Source: an uncultured Clostridia bacterium (GTDB lineage: Bacteria > Bacillota > Clostridia > TANB77 > CAG-508). Taken from it: a DNA stretch of 64,000 nt. Both the position numbers and the translations under genes were made by a program. The stretch covers positions 9,232 to 73,231 of the forward strand of contig CANQLH010000005.1 in assembly GCA_947624655.1 (NCBI GenBank), given 5' to 3'. This document shows, piece by piece, positions 41,330 to 50,372 of this stretch (the stretch's first letter is position 1; each line of letters begins with the position of its first letter). A model generated the notes under the pieces. That model had not been told where the DNA came from. It worked only from the letters and a program-made list of their open reading frames with translations, and made no database searches.

Positions 41330-41455
41330 ATGCCAGAGACAAGAGGTTGTGGTGGATGCGGAGGCTTCGGTGGTGACTGCTGTTGGATAATCATCCTATT
41401 CATATTAATAATATGCTGTTGTGGTAACGGATTTGGTAACGGTTGTGGTTGCTAA
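41330..41455 (+). CDS. YjcZ-like Cys/Gly-rich small sporulation peptide (tandem paralogue)
   Basis: A 41-aa ORF: MPETRGCGGCGGFGGDCCWIIILFILIICCCGNGFGNGCGC. An AAGGGGGG RBS lies upstream. Confidence 0.6.
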   Translation: MPETRGCGGCGGFGGDCCWIIILFILIICCCGNGFGNGCGC

Positions 41456-41476
41456 TATTCGATAACATATAATAAT

Positions 41477-41524
41477 AAAACTAGCCATTATCTAGATTAA
41501 TTCTGGAGTTTAGGCTAGTTTTTC
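41477..41524 (+). terminator. Intrinsic terminator after the YjcZ-like pair
   Basis: The stem AAAACTAGCC...GGCTAGTTTT is followed by TCTTTTTTT. Confidence 0.6.
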
Positions 41525-41698
41525 TTTTTTTAGATACACCTTACTAAAAAATATAAATACCCCAATGCTATAAAATAATTTTGAGAAATTTTATAAATTG
41601 TAGAAAACTAAAAGAGACTATAAAAAAATTAAAATGTTTGATATAAAAAAATTTAGGCACTTATAAAATAACACGTTATAAAATGTTTCTTGTTACAT

Positions 41699-41727
41699 TT
41701 GACAAATTCTTAAAATCTGTGTATAAT
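41699..41727 (+). promoter_or_regulatory. Consensus sigma-A promoter for a short plus-strand transcript
   Basis: TTGACA (41699-41704), a 17-nt spacer, then TATAAT (41722-41727). Confidence 0.65.
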
Positions 41728-41734
41728 AAAAATA

Positions 41735-41822
41735 GAAAATGAGAAACCGTAGAAATATGGTTACCACTTATAAAAAGCAATAACAACACATTCCTTTTGG
41801 TCAATTAGCAGAATGTGTTGTT
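41735..41822 (+). ncRNA. Candidate antitoxin sRNA, convergent with the small toxin ORF
   Basis: An ~90-nt span between the consensus promoter and the bidirectional terminator hairpin AACAACACATTC (41782-41793) / GAATGTGTTGTT (41811-41822). It contains no convincing ORF. Confidence 0.45.
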
Positions 41823-41825
41823 ATT

Positions 41826-41939
41826 TTATTCCTTATTTATTATTGAATTTACATATTGTATGTATATAATCGTTAATAAGGCTACGTTTATAGTTGCAGA
41901 AGCAATTAAGGCTATTATTAAAAATAGTATAAAACTCAT
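41826..41939 (-). CDS. Candidate type I toxin: 37-aa hydrophobic peptide
   Basis: MSFILFLIIALIASATINVALLTIIYIQYVNSIINKE, preceded by the RBS GTGAGGTGG. Its own promoter is TTGAAA-17-TATAGT (rc of 42024-42052). Its 3' end shares the 41782-41822 hairpin with the convergent RNA. Confidence 0.5.
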   Translation of the reverse strand: MSFILFLIIALIASATINVALLTIIYIQYVNSIINKE

Positions 41940-42478
41940 AAACACCACCTCACTTTCTGATAGTAAAACTATCTAGTAAAGTGGCAACACAAATCTACTT
42001 TTATCTCATTTTCTATGATTTATACTATACAATATTTCTCTTTCTTTTTCAAGCGAACATTACAATTTTTTTATTATAAAATAATAATTATTTGTTATTA
42101 AAATAATTTTATTATTTTGTTGCACTTTGGAAATTTTTTTATTTAAACATTTTTCTATCATAAAATTTAATATTTCTTTTACTATTACAGTATATATTTC
42201 CCCATTTTAATATAGGTGTATCAACAGGATTACATGATTGGAACACTTGGACAATTCCATATAGACATTGGAAGTTTATACCAAATAATTCAACATACTA
42301 TAGTAAGCTTACTAAAAAGAAATAAAATTAATAACCCCCATCTCATCTACATATACCTTTTACGCACTAAACGTAAAGCTTCGAATCGACAGGGGAATTA
42401 TTAACTATAATATGTAATTGTTAATTTTATTATACAAGTTTTAGAAAAATAATGCAATAGTTTCTTGAAATTTTGTCG

Positions 42479-42496
42479 TTTGGAGGCGAGTATCGG
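42479..42496. repeat. attL: 18-nt direct repeat of the tRNA-Cys 3' end
   Basis: TTTGGAGGCGAGTATCGG occurs at 42479-42496 and is identical to 56497-56514, which overlaps the 3' end of tRNA-Cys. Confidence 0.8.
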
Positions 42497-42911
42497 TTTT
42501 TAATCTTTTATTTTTTATTTATTTAAGTATATTTTCAGACTTTTATTATATTTTTTTGAATGCAATTTGAATGCAAGTGAAAAATAGATACAGTTAGTCT
42601 CAAATATTCAAAGAACTTATTATATTTCAACATATAGGCAAGATAAAGAATATATCTTGTCCATAAAAAATATTATTATATATACATTTTTGATTAGACG
42701 GACAAGATGACAGGTAAATTTCAATAATGACTATTTTAATATCATTTTATTATAGTTCATTTATTATTATATTAAAAGATTAACCCCTATTTTATTACTA
42801 AAACAACAAATTATATATCTCATTTAGAAAAAACGTTTATCTTTGTAATATGAAATAGTTACGAATTTTGATAAAGAAATTAAAAAAGGTTGGAAACAGT
42901 ATGTAAATATT

Positions 42912-43175
42912 ATGGATACGTTGATAAAATGTGATGTAAGAAGTTTTTATGTAGAAAATAATATTTTGTATATTAATGATAATGGTAATAATATTGAGGT
43001 TGAAATGGTAAGAAAAACTCCACGTTATGAAGTAAGATATAATGGTAAGTTAGTAAGTGATAGTGAAACAAGTCAAAATGATATTCTTGATAAAATTTTT
43101 AAAAATATTTTATCTATAATAGTCAATTTAAGACGTTTTATTTTTAAGGCATATATAATTTCATTACTTACTTGA
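42912..43175 (+). CDS. Hypothetical protein
   Basis: An 87-aa ORF with no motif. Confidence 0.3.
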   Translation: MDTLIKCDVRSFYVENNILYINDNGNNIEVEMVRKTPRYEVRYNGKLVSDSETSQNDILDKIFKNILSIIVNLRRFIFKAYIISLLT

Positions 43176-43239
43176 AAACATTTGTTCACGGTCAACGTCA
43201 TGCGTCAGAGGACTATATTTTGATAAAAAAGAACCTTTA

Positions 43240-44010
43240 TTAAGATTCTTTCTTTGCCACTATTACCATTCTTCCATTTTCTTGCGAATATTCACAAGTG
43301 ATTAAAGTTATTAATTGTTCACCATAAATTGCTGATACTCCTGTTTCATATAATTGTATTTTCTTACAATTTTCTATATATTCATTATAAGTCTGTTCAT
43401 CATTAAAATTTATATAATTATAAAATCTAAATACATTATTTTCATTTTGATAAAAAATTCTTGATTTAAAAACTGCCACAATAGAATATTCGCTTTCTTC
43501 ATTATTAGTTGCTATTTTAATTGTTTTATGATTATCATAAAAACTTTTATCTTTATATTTTAGTAAGTTATTAAACATCTGCCCATCTTTCATATTATGC
43601 CCATATATAATAAGATTTGAATTATTATTTAAAATATCACATTCATTTTTCAAATATATTGAACCATATTGTGAATTTTCTTTTTTGTAATTATGTTTTA
43701 AATAATATTCATTATCAGTTGTTTGTAGTATAGGATAATTTATTGACGTATCCTCAATTTGTATCCAAGCCTTTACATCTACATTTTCTTGTTGTAAAGT
43801 TATTACTTTTTTCATATTTTCAGTAAATTGTTTTTGATTATCATTATCTTCTATACTATCACTAATTTTAACATCTTCATAAATATTTTGATTACTATTT
43901 GCAATAATGTTTTTATATATTACATAACTGGTACATACCAAAATTACTAACACTATAATTACAAATACTTTATATTTCACATTTGGCTTCTTTTTACTAT
44001 TTTTACTCAT
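43240..44010 (-). CDS. srtB: Class B sortase
   Basis: A 256-aa ORF with an N-terminal TM helix, WIQIEDTSINYPILQTTDNEYYLKHN, IYGHNM, and the catalytic motif TLITCEY. Confidence 0.85.
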   Translation of the reverse strand: MSKNSKKKPNVKYKVFVIIVLVILVCTSYVIYKNIIANSNQNIYEDVKISDSIEDNDNQKQFTENMKKVITLQQENVDVKAWIQIEDTSINYPILQTTDNEYYLKHNYKKENSQYGSIYLKNECDILNNNSNLIIYGHNMKDGQMFNNLLKYKDKSFYDNHKTIKIATNNEESEYSIVAVFKSRIFYQNENNVFRFYNYINFNDEQTYNEYIENCKKIQLYETGVSAIYGEQLITLITCEYSQENGRMVIVAKKES

Positions 44011-44058
44011 TTTTACACCTTTTTTATTTTAAAGGGAAGTTAAAACTCCCCTTTATTC

Positions 44059-45675
44059 TTATTTATTATATTTTTTTATAGTAACTACTATTGCTATTGT
44101 AATAACTAATAATATTATTCCCAATTCTTTTGAAATATTATATCCCGTTTTTGGCTCATTGTCTAACTTATGTTCTGGTTTGTCTACATTTTTAGACTGT
44201 TCATTATTATTTAAAGATTGTTCAGTTTTATTATTGGATGATTGCTCAGTTTTATTATTGGATGATTGCTCAGTTTTATTATTGGATGATTGCTCAGTTT
44301 TATTATTGGATGATTGCTCAGTTTTATCTTTTTCTACTGCAAGCATAAATGGAGATAAACTATCTACTACAATTTTTACTTTTCCATCTTTTACGGTTTC
44401 TTCAAATTTTTCAAATTCATCATCATTTTCTTTATAATGTATTATATATGCTTTTTTTCCATTAAACTGTTCACCAACATTAAAAGTTAAACATAATTCT
44501 CCTTCATAATCTCCAGTTACTTTTATATCATATGCTTGTATATACAAATCATCTGCTAAAGTAGTTATTTGACTTTCCATATCTAAATATCTTTTATCTT
44601 CTTCTAAAATAGTATTGGACTTTACTTCTCCGCCATTTGTAAATACACATTCTAAATCAATATCAATTCCATTATCTTGATTTATTTCATAGACTTTTCT
44701 TTCTTGTCCTTCAACCCTTAATTCGAACACTTGTAAAATTTTTTCTTGTGGGTTTTCATAATAGAAAAAATATGTTTTTGGTTTATAAAACATTGTAATA
44801 TCTTTTATATAATATTGATATATATATCTTTGAAATGTACCCATTTCTGTTGTATTTTCTTCTTTCTTTTCCAATTCAAAAGTGCCTATATTATCTATAT
44901 TAAATTTTTCTCCAATATAATTATTACATTCAACTTCTAATTTACGACCTTCAAAAGAATTTAGTGTAGATATTCCTAATAAAGAATATCCTGATGAGCC
45001 ATCACCATATGTTAATTCGCAATCTGAAAACATTTGCATAACAACTTTAGGTTCAGTTATGCTAAATCGAAGATTTAATTGGTTTGTTTCAGTTTGATTA
45101 TCTTCTAAATAACTGGTAATAGTAATTTTTCTTAACATTTCATCATAACATAAATTTTTAGCAACTTCCTTAAATTGTTCATACTTATTAGTAATATCTT
45201 TCTTAAATAGTTTTACCTTATATTCTGCATATTTAATTCGATTTTTCTCTACGATGTTACATTCAATTGTAGATTTTTCACTTTTAATTGTTACTTTTTT
45301 TGTATTAGTAGGTATTTCAATCAATAATACATCATATACATATCCCTCTATCTCTTGTAAGTTAGATGGATTATTTAATAAATCATATAATTTTTCACTT
45401 TTAATTGTTATATCATACTCATCATATTTAGTATCTATTCCAGTTTCAATTAATCCTTCCAATAATATATTTTTTGGAATTATATTTGTTTCGACAGATG
45501 TCTTACTGGCTGAAACTTTAAATTCTTCTCCTTCTTTTAGCTCCGTTTTATCAACGTCAGTTGTTATTATTTCACCTTCATAGCTCATACCATAACTTGA
45601 AGTAATATTAGTAATACTTATACACATAATAATTACAATAAAGGTACATATTATATTTTTTGATTTTTTCATCAT
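44059..45675 (-). CDS. Sortase-B-anchored surface protein with KTEQSSNN repeats
   Basis: The start is taken at MMKKSKNI, preceded by an AGGAGGTG RBS. It has a signal peptide, and its C-terminus is NEPKTG followed by a hydrophobic helix and KKYNK. Confidence 0.7.
   Translation of the reverse strand: MMKKSKNIICTFIVIIMCISITNITSSYGMSYEGEIITTDVDKTELKEGEEFKVSASKTSVETNIIPKNILLEGLIETGIDTKYDEYDITIKSEKLYDLLNNPSNLQEIEGYVYDVLLIEIPTNTKKVTIKSEKSTIECNIVEKNRIKYAEYKVKLFKKDITNKYEQFKEVAKNLCYDEMLRKITITSYLEDNQTETNQLNLRFSITEPKVVMQMFSDCELTYGDGSSGYSLLGISTLNSFEGRKLEVECNNYIGEKFNIDNIGTFELEKKEENTTEMGTFQRYIYQYYIKDITMFYKPKTYFFYYENPQEKILQVFELRVEGQERKVYEINQDNGIDIDLECVFTNGGEVKSNTILEEDKRYLDMESQITTLADDLYIQAYDIKVTGDYEGELCLTFNVGEQFNGKKAYIIHYKENDDEFEKFEETVKDGKVKIVVDSLSPFMLAVEKDKTEQSSNNKTEQSSNNKTEQSSNNKTEQSSNNKTEQSLNNNEQSKNVDKPEHKLDNEPKTGYNISKELGIILLVITIAIVVTIKKYNK
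44216..44328. repeat. 24-nt coding tandem repeat (about 4.7 copies)
   Basis: GATTGCTCAGTTTTATTATTGGAT is repeated head to tail. It encodes the (KTEQSSNN)n stretch of the surface protein. Confidence 0.9.
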
Positions 45676-45796
45676 ATTTTCACCTCCTTTCAAAAATATA
45701 ATATCACATATTTTAATGCTTGTACACATTTTTGTGTACTTATTTTTAATTTATTTTTGTGTACTATATAAAATAAGTTTAGGAGGTGCATTAAAT

Positions 45797-45976
45797 ATGG
45801 ATAAATTAAAGATAAAAAAAGATAATAAATCTAATGATACAATAACTAGAACAATAAGAATGTGTGGTTCTACTTTTGATAAAATTAGTGAACTTGCTGA
45901 AAAGAATGAAATTAGTTTTAATAGTGTAATAAATCAAATTATAGAATATGGGTTACAAAATCTTGACGATGAATAA
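45797..45976 (+). CDS. Ribbon-helix-helix (CopG/Arc-like) DNA-binding protein
   Basis: An AGGAGGTG RBS precedes MDKLKIKKDNKSNDTITRTIRMCGSTFDKISELAEKNEISFNSVINQIIEYGL. Confidence 0.55.
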   Translation: MDKLKIKKDNKSNDTITRTIRMCGSTFDKISELAEKNEISFNSVINQIIEYGLQNLDDE

Positions 45977-46018
45977 AAAGATGATACATAAGACATTGAT
46001 TCTTATGTACCAAAATTT

Positions 46019-46294
46019 TTATTTTTTAAAAATCTTAAATTCTATTGAATTATCTAATTCAATACTTAACGAGCTACCTGTTAAATCCATCTTTATTGCT
46101 GAAGCAATATTTATTTGTATTTCATTATTATTTTTAGAATCTGCAATATGTAAAAAACCTGTTTTTGCATTGTAATTTATATGTGTATTATAAAATTCAA
46201 ATCTTGCTTGCAGCAAATTATCCAACTGTACTATTATAGTTTTATTTTCAAGCATTTTTATTTTTTCTTTTAATTCTTTTTCTGTAATTTTCAT
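46019..46294 (-). CDS. Small protein, member of a tandem triplet of ~90-aa paralogue-like genes
   Basis: A 91-aa ORF. It shares size and its alternating hydrophobic pattern with the two upstream ORFs. Confidence 0.45.
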   Translation of the reverse strand: MKITEKELKEKIKMLENKTIIVQLDNLLQARFEFYNTHINYNAKTGFLHIADSKNNNEIQINIASAIKMDLTGSSLSIELDNSIEFKIFKK

Positions 46295-46319
46295 TTTTTA
46301 AAAACCTCCTCATACATTT

Positions 46320-46589
46320 TTAACAATCAATAATTATTGTATAATCTGAACTCATTGTCAAAATAATCGTATCATTATTTATTTCTACATTTTCAATCAA
46401 ATAGTTGTCAATTTTTAACTGATTATCTTTTCCATCGGATAAAATAGTTGTATCTTGTGATATATAATATCTAAAATTATGTATTTTTACGACTGTTTCA
46501 ATGCCACCGCTAAAAATAATATTTACTGTTTTGTTCTTATATCTTTTACTTAATACTTTTACTATTTTTTTTATTGTATCTTTTTTCAT
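46320..46589 (-). CDS. Small protein, tandem triplet member
   Basis: An 89-aa ORF. Confidence 0.45.
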   Translation of the reverse strand: MKKDTIKKIVKVLSKRYKNKTVNIIFSGGIETVVKIHNFRYYISQDTTILSDGKDNQLKIDNYLIENVEINNDTIILTMSSDYTIIIDC

Positions 46590-46599
46590 TTTCTACCCC

Positions 46600-46869
46600 C
46601 TATAATTCTAAGATTACTGTAAAATCTTCATATATTAATTCTATATGACATTTTTCTTCTATTTTAAAATTTTTCATCATCATAAATTCAATAGAAAAAT
46701 CATGCTCATTATTAAAAATTGTCAACTTGTGTTTATTTATCATAATTCTTGTATTTTCTATGAATATTTTGGTATCTAATATTCCTCTTAGCTGTATCAT
46801 AACTTTTACATTTACAAATTTTTTTAATAATATTTTTTTTAATTCCAAATAATTGATTGTACTAATCAT
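46600..46869 (-). CDS. Small protein, tandem triplet member
   Basis: An 89-aa ORF. Its start overlaps the stop of the upstream gene. Confidence 0.45.
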   Translation of the reverse strand: MISTINYLELKKILLKKFVNVKVMIQLRGILDTKIFIENTRIMINKHKLTIFNNEHDFSIEFMMMKNFKIEEKCHIELIYEDFTVILEL

Positions 46870-47057
46870 TATACATTCCCTCCAATTTTCTTTTTTAGTT
46901 CAAACCATTTCGTCTTGCCACAACCAGCAATTCGCCATGCTTCTGAATTTTTTATTTCGTTTTTTTCAATTTTTTTAATTAATTCTTTTATAAGTATTGT
47001 ATTTTCTATATATTTTGGTCTACCTTTTCTATTATTTTTTAAATTTTGATTTTTCAT
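46869..47057 (-). CDS. Small resolvase-HTH-like DNA-binding protein
   Basis: A 62-aa ORF. RKGRPKYIE...NSEAWRIAGCGKTKWFELKKK resembles the C-terminal HTH of a serine recombinase. Confidence 0.45.
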   Translation of the reverse strand: MKNQNLKNNRKGRPKYIENTILIKELIKKIEKNEIKNSEAWRIAGCGKTKWFELKKKIGGNV

Positions 47058-47671
47058 TTTTTAATACCTCACTTTCATATATTTTTGCAAAATCATAAAA
47101 TTTATTACGTTTTAGTCCTGTTAGTTCAATTCCTTTTGTCGCAGTTATTTCGCCATTTTTCCATTGTCTGAAAATTGCTTCAAAGTTAGAAGGAATTTCA
47201 ATTTTTGGTCTGCCAAATTTTATATTTTTAGCTCTTGCGATTGCAATACCCTCGGCTTGTCGTTTTCTAATTGTTTCACGTTCATTCTGAGCTTTCCAGC
47301 TCATTACTTCAAAAATAATATTACTTATCATGTTTGCAAGTGGCTTTATGTTTTCATCATCATAATTTATATTAAGGGCTGGAAGGTCTAAAACTCTAAC
47401 ATTTATTTCATTATCTCGAAAGTATTGCCACTCTTTTTTTAGTTCCGTTTGATTTCTACCAATCCTATCTAGTTCTTTAATAATTAATGTATCGCCACGT
47501 TCTAAACTTTTTTTCATATATTGATAACCTATTCTTTCAAAATCTTTTCCGACTCTGTTTGTCTTGATATATGTATTTTTCTTGTATGCCCATATTTTTT
47601 AATACTTCTAATTGTCTGTCTAAGTTTTGGTCTTTCGAACTTACACGAACATAAGCAACTGTTTTTGACAT
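47032..47671 (-). CDS. Small serine recombinase (resolvase/invertase), interrupted by one CGG +1 site
   Basis: Translation runs MSKTVAYVRVSSKDQNLDRQLEVLKNMGIQEKYIYQDKQS, then CGG at 47549-47551. Skipping the C gives GKDFERIGYQYMKKSLERGDTLIIKELDRIGRN...FGRPKIE. Confidence 0.8.
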
Positions 47672-47816
47672 CTATATCAACTCCTTTCATAATATATTGT
47701 TTATAAAAGTGGTATTGACTTTTTAAATGTTTAGAAAATATTACAACCACTTTTATAAACAAATTTTTAATATGTTTTTTACTATTTATAAAAGCATACT
47801 TTTTTAAACAATTATT

Positions 47817-48116
47817 TTAATCTTCTTTTTTAACAGTTAGAAATTTTAATATATCCTCTGTTATTCTAAAAAATCGTTCTATTTCTAAAACTGCTTGACC
47901 AGTTGCTTTATAATAAATAACTACATAATAACCAGTTTTATTTTTACTTACTTCATAAGCAAGTTTTTTCAAACCGACCTCGTCAACTTTTGTAATATCT
48001 ATTAAATTCTTAATTTTTTCAATAATTTTACTTAATGCTTTTTTATATTCGTTTTCTTCTAAATCTCCTTTTATAATTAAAACACTTTCATATAAATTCT
48101 TATTTTTCATTTTCAT
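47817..48116 (-). CDS. Ribosomal protein bS6 paralogue carried on the island
   Basis: A 99-aa ORF. LYESVLIIKGDLEENEYKKAL...VDEVGLKKLAYEVSKNKTGYYVVIYYKA...EIERFFRITEDILKFLTVKKE aligns along its whole length with the RpsF pattern YE..fI....eE......G.r.LAY.i....G.Y. Confidence 0.65.
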   Translation of the reverse strand: MKMKNKNLYESVLIIKGDLEENEYKKALSKIIEKIKNLIDITKVDEVGLKKLAYEVSKNKTGYYVVIYYKATGQAVLEIERFFRITEDILKFLTVKKED

Positions 48117-48129
48117 TCCTCCAATTTTA

Positions 48130-48582
48130 TTATTTTTTTAAATCTTTCATAATTGATTTATACTCATTATCTCCAATTACTAAATGGTCTAAAAACTCAA
48201 CTTTTAGTATTTTAGAAGCCTTTAATATATCCTTTGTAATATCAATATCATTTTTACTTGGTGTCGGGTCTCCAGACGGATGGTTATGTATCAAAATAAA
48301 TTTGTTTGAATTGCTTAATAATACTGTTTTTAATAAATGTGATATTGACAAATTACACATATTTAAGCCACCTCTTGCAATTTCTAAAAAACTAATTATT
48401 TCATTTTTATTATTCAATGTTAGTACATAAATTACTTCTTGACTTTCATTTTGAATTTTTAATGTTTCTCTTACAAATGTTACAATATCCAGAGCGTTTG
48501 TAATTTTTTTATTGTATTCAAAATCTTGTTCTTTTACTAATAATAATTTTTGTTTAGTTATTTTCAATTTTAAATCCTCCAA
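48130..48582 (-). CDS. RadC-like JAB/MPN domain protein
   Basis: HNHPSGDPTPSKNDIDITKDI is the JAMM motif found in RadC proteins. Confidence 0.8.
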   Translation of the reverse strand: MEDLKLKITKQKLLLVKEQDFEYNKKITNALDIVTFVRETLKIQNESQEVIYVLTLNNKNEIISFLEIARGGLNMCNLSISHLLKTVLLSNSNKFILIHNHPSGDPTPSKNDIDITKDILKASKILKVEFLDHLVIGDNEYKSIMKDLKK

Positions 48583-48633
48583 TTTTTTATAAGGTAGGGA
48601 GCCTTATGCCCCATAACCTTACAACTTTATTTT

Positions 48634-49065
48634 CTATTTTTGAATCTTTTGACTTTTTTCATTTTTTGAAATTTCAATTTTTTTAATTTTTGATTTTTCA
48701 TTATCTACTGATTTTGTTTCTTTTTTATCTTCGACTTTTTCTATTTTTTTTGTTTTTATGTATAAATCAGTAAGTTCTTTTAAATTTCCTGTTTCATATC
48801 CATTTTCAAAAAGAAAGTTATTTATGTGTCTAATCGTTGTTTTACTATCCCATTTTTCTACTTCATTATGAATTTTTATTTTTCCGTCTATTATTTCTGC
48901 AATTAAAAAGCCAAAACTTTTTAGGTATTTGTTACCATTTTCTTTAGTTCCTACAATCGCTTTTCCGTGAAATGATTTTAATTTACTCCAAGTTGGAATT
49001 AACTCAACTTCTTCAACCTTTGTAGATTTTCCAATTTTTTCATTTTTTAAATTTTTCTCTTCCAT
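48634..49065 (-). CDS. Hypothetical protein
   Basis: A 143-aa ORF with no motif. Confidence 0.45.
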   Translation of the reverse strand: MEEKNLKNEKIGKSTKVEEVELIPTWSKLKSFHGKAIVGTKENGNKYLKSFGFLIAEIIDGKIKIHNEVEKWDSKTTIRHINNFLFENGYETGNLKELTDLYIKTKKIEKVEDKKETKSVDNEKSKIKKIEISKNEKSQKIQK

Positions 49066-49479
49066 AATAAAAATACCTCCATTTTTTAATAATAATTATT
49101 AATAGTAGTAATCGTTTAAATTACTAGAATTTTCCCATTACTATTGCAAAATACAGGTATTATGTGTTAATATATAAGTATAGTATTGCAATAGCAATGC
49201 TTATGGCTATATCAGTTATTTTACGGTGCAAATGTTAGATAACTGATATAGTTCTTTTTGTGTTTATATTCTTTTGTATCAATAAAATTTTAACATTCAA
49301 TTTACATCAACTCCTTTCTAGGTTATAAATCTTTTAATCGCCTCTCGCCGTAATGTTTCAACCTACTTATAGCTTAACTCTGTTGGTTCATAAAGTCAAG
49401 CGTTTTTATGAACTTTTTTAAAAAAGTTTTTGTTATACAATTAAGGTATATCAAGGCTTACAAAGATTTTTCCACCTAA

Positions 49480-49508
49480 CTTGACAATAGAACAAATGTG
49501 TGGTATAA
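49480..49508 (+). promoter_or_regulatory. Consensus sigma-A promoter upstream of the island methyltransferase
   Basis: TTGACA (49480-49485), a 17-nt spacer, then TATAAT (49503-49508). Confidence 0.6.
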
Positions 49509-49653
49509 TATAATTGTAGGGGATATATTTTTATCTTCTCTGTTTCTGCTTACGCATGTAATTTAATAATAAGATTACGAGCCATTTTAGATATTTTTCG
49601 TAACTTATTGAATTTTAGATAAGAAATTCAAAAAGGAAAGGAAAGATGCTGAA

Positions 49654-50372
49654 ATGGATTTTTTAGTATGTGGAGAAATAACTCCAAATTTTACAAATGA
49701 AAATGTTTTATTATATAATGAGGATTGCTTAAAAGTATTAAAGGAAATGCCTGATAATTCTATTGACCTTGTTGTAAGTGATATTCCTTACCATATCGTT
49801 ATAGGTAGTAGATGTAGTAAAAAGCAAGGTTATCCTGCCAAAAATCAACGGAAAACTTTTTGAGTTTGATAGCATTAAACCAGAAGAATATATGCAATTA
49901 TTATTTGATAAACTAAAAGATGATACTCATTGTTATCTAATGATAAATGAAAAAAATTTGGCACATTTACAATTAGAAGCAGAAAAAGTCGGCTTTAAGT
50001 TTCAACAGTTAATAATTTGGAACAAAGGAAATGCTTTGCCAAATCATTACTATATGCGTTGTTATGAGTGTATATTGATGTTAAGAAAAGGAAAAGCAAA
50101 AGATATCAATGATATGACAACTAAAAATATATTAAATATTCCAAATATAAAAGCAGGAACTAAATTGCATAGTTGTCAAAAACCAGTAGAGCTAACAAAT
50201 ATTTTAATAAACAATTCTTCTAAAGAAGGGGATATAGTTTTAGATATGTTTCTTGGAAGTGGTAGTACAGGCATATCAGCTTTAGAGTGTAACAGAAGAT
50301 TTATACGGAATTGAAATAGATGAAAATTTTTATAAAATTGCTGAAGAAAGAATTAAAAACTGGAAAAAATAA
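49654..50372 (+). CDS. DNA methyltransferase (N6-adenine/N4-cytosine type, beta-class motif order), interrupted by two CGG +1 sites
   Basis: ORFs 49654..49863 and 49892..50314. The DIPY (DPPY-like) motif is N-terminal and FLGSGSTG is C-terminal. Skipping the C of the CGG at 49849 gives ...KNQGKLFEFDSIKPEEYM.... Skipping the C of the CGG at 50306 gives RFIGIEIDENFYKIAEERIKNWKK. Confidence 0.8.

Noticed and set aside
44216-44328. A possible CRISPR array, from the regular 24-nt repeats.
   Set aside because: The repeats are contiguous with no spacers and lie in frame inside a surface-protein gene, where they encode KTEQSSNN units. No cas genes are present. The 11-nt repeats at 59574-59610 also lack spacers.
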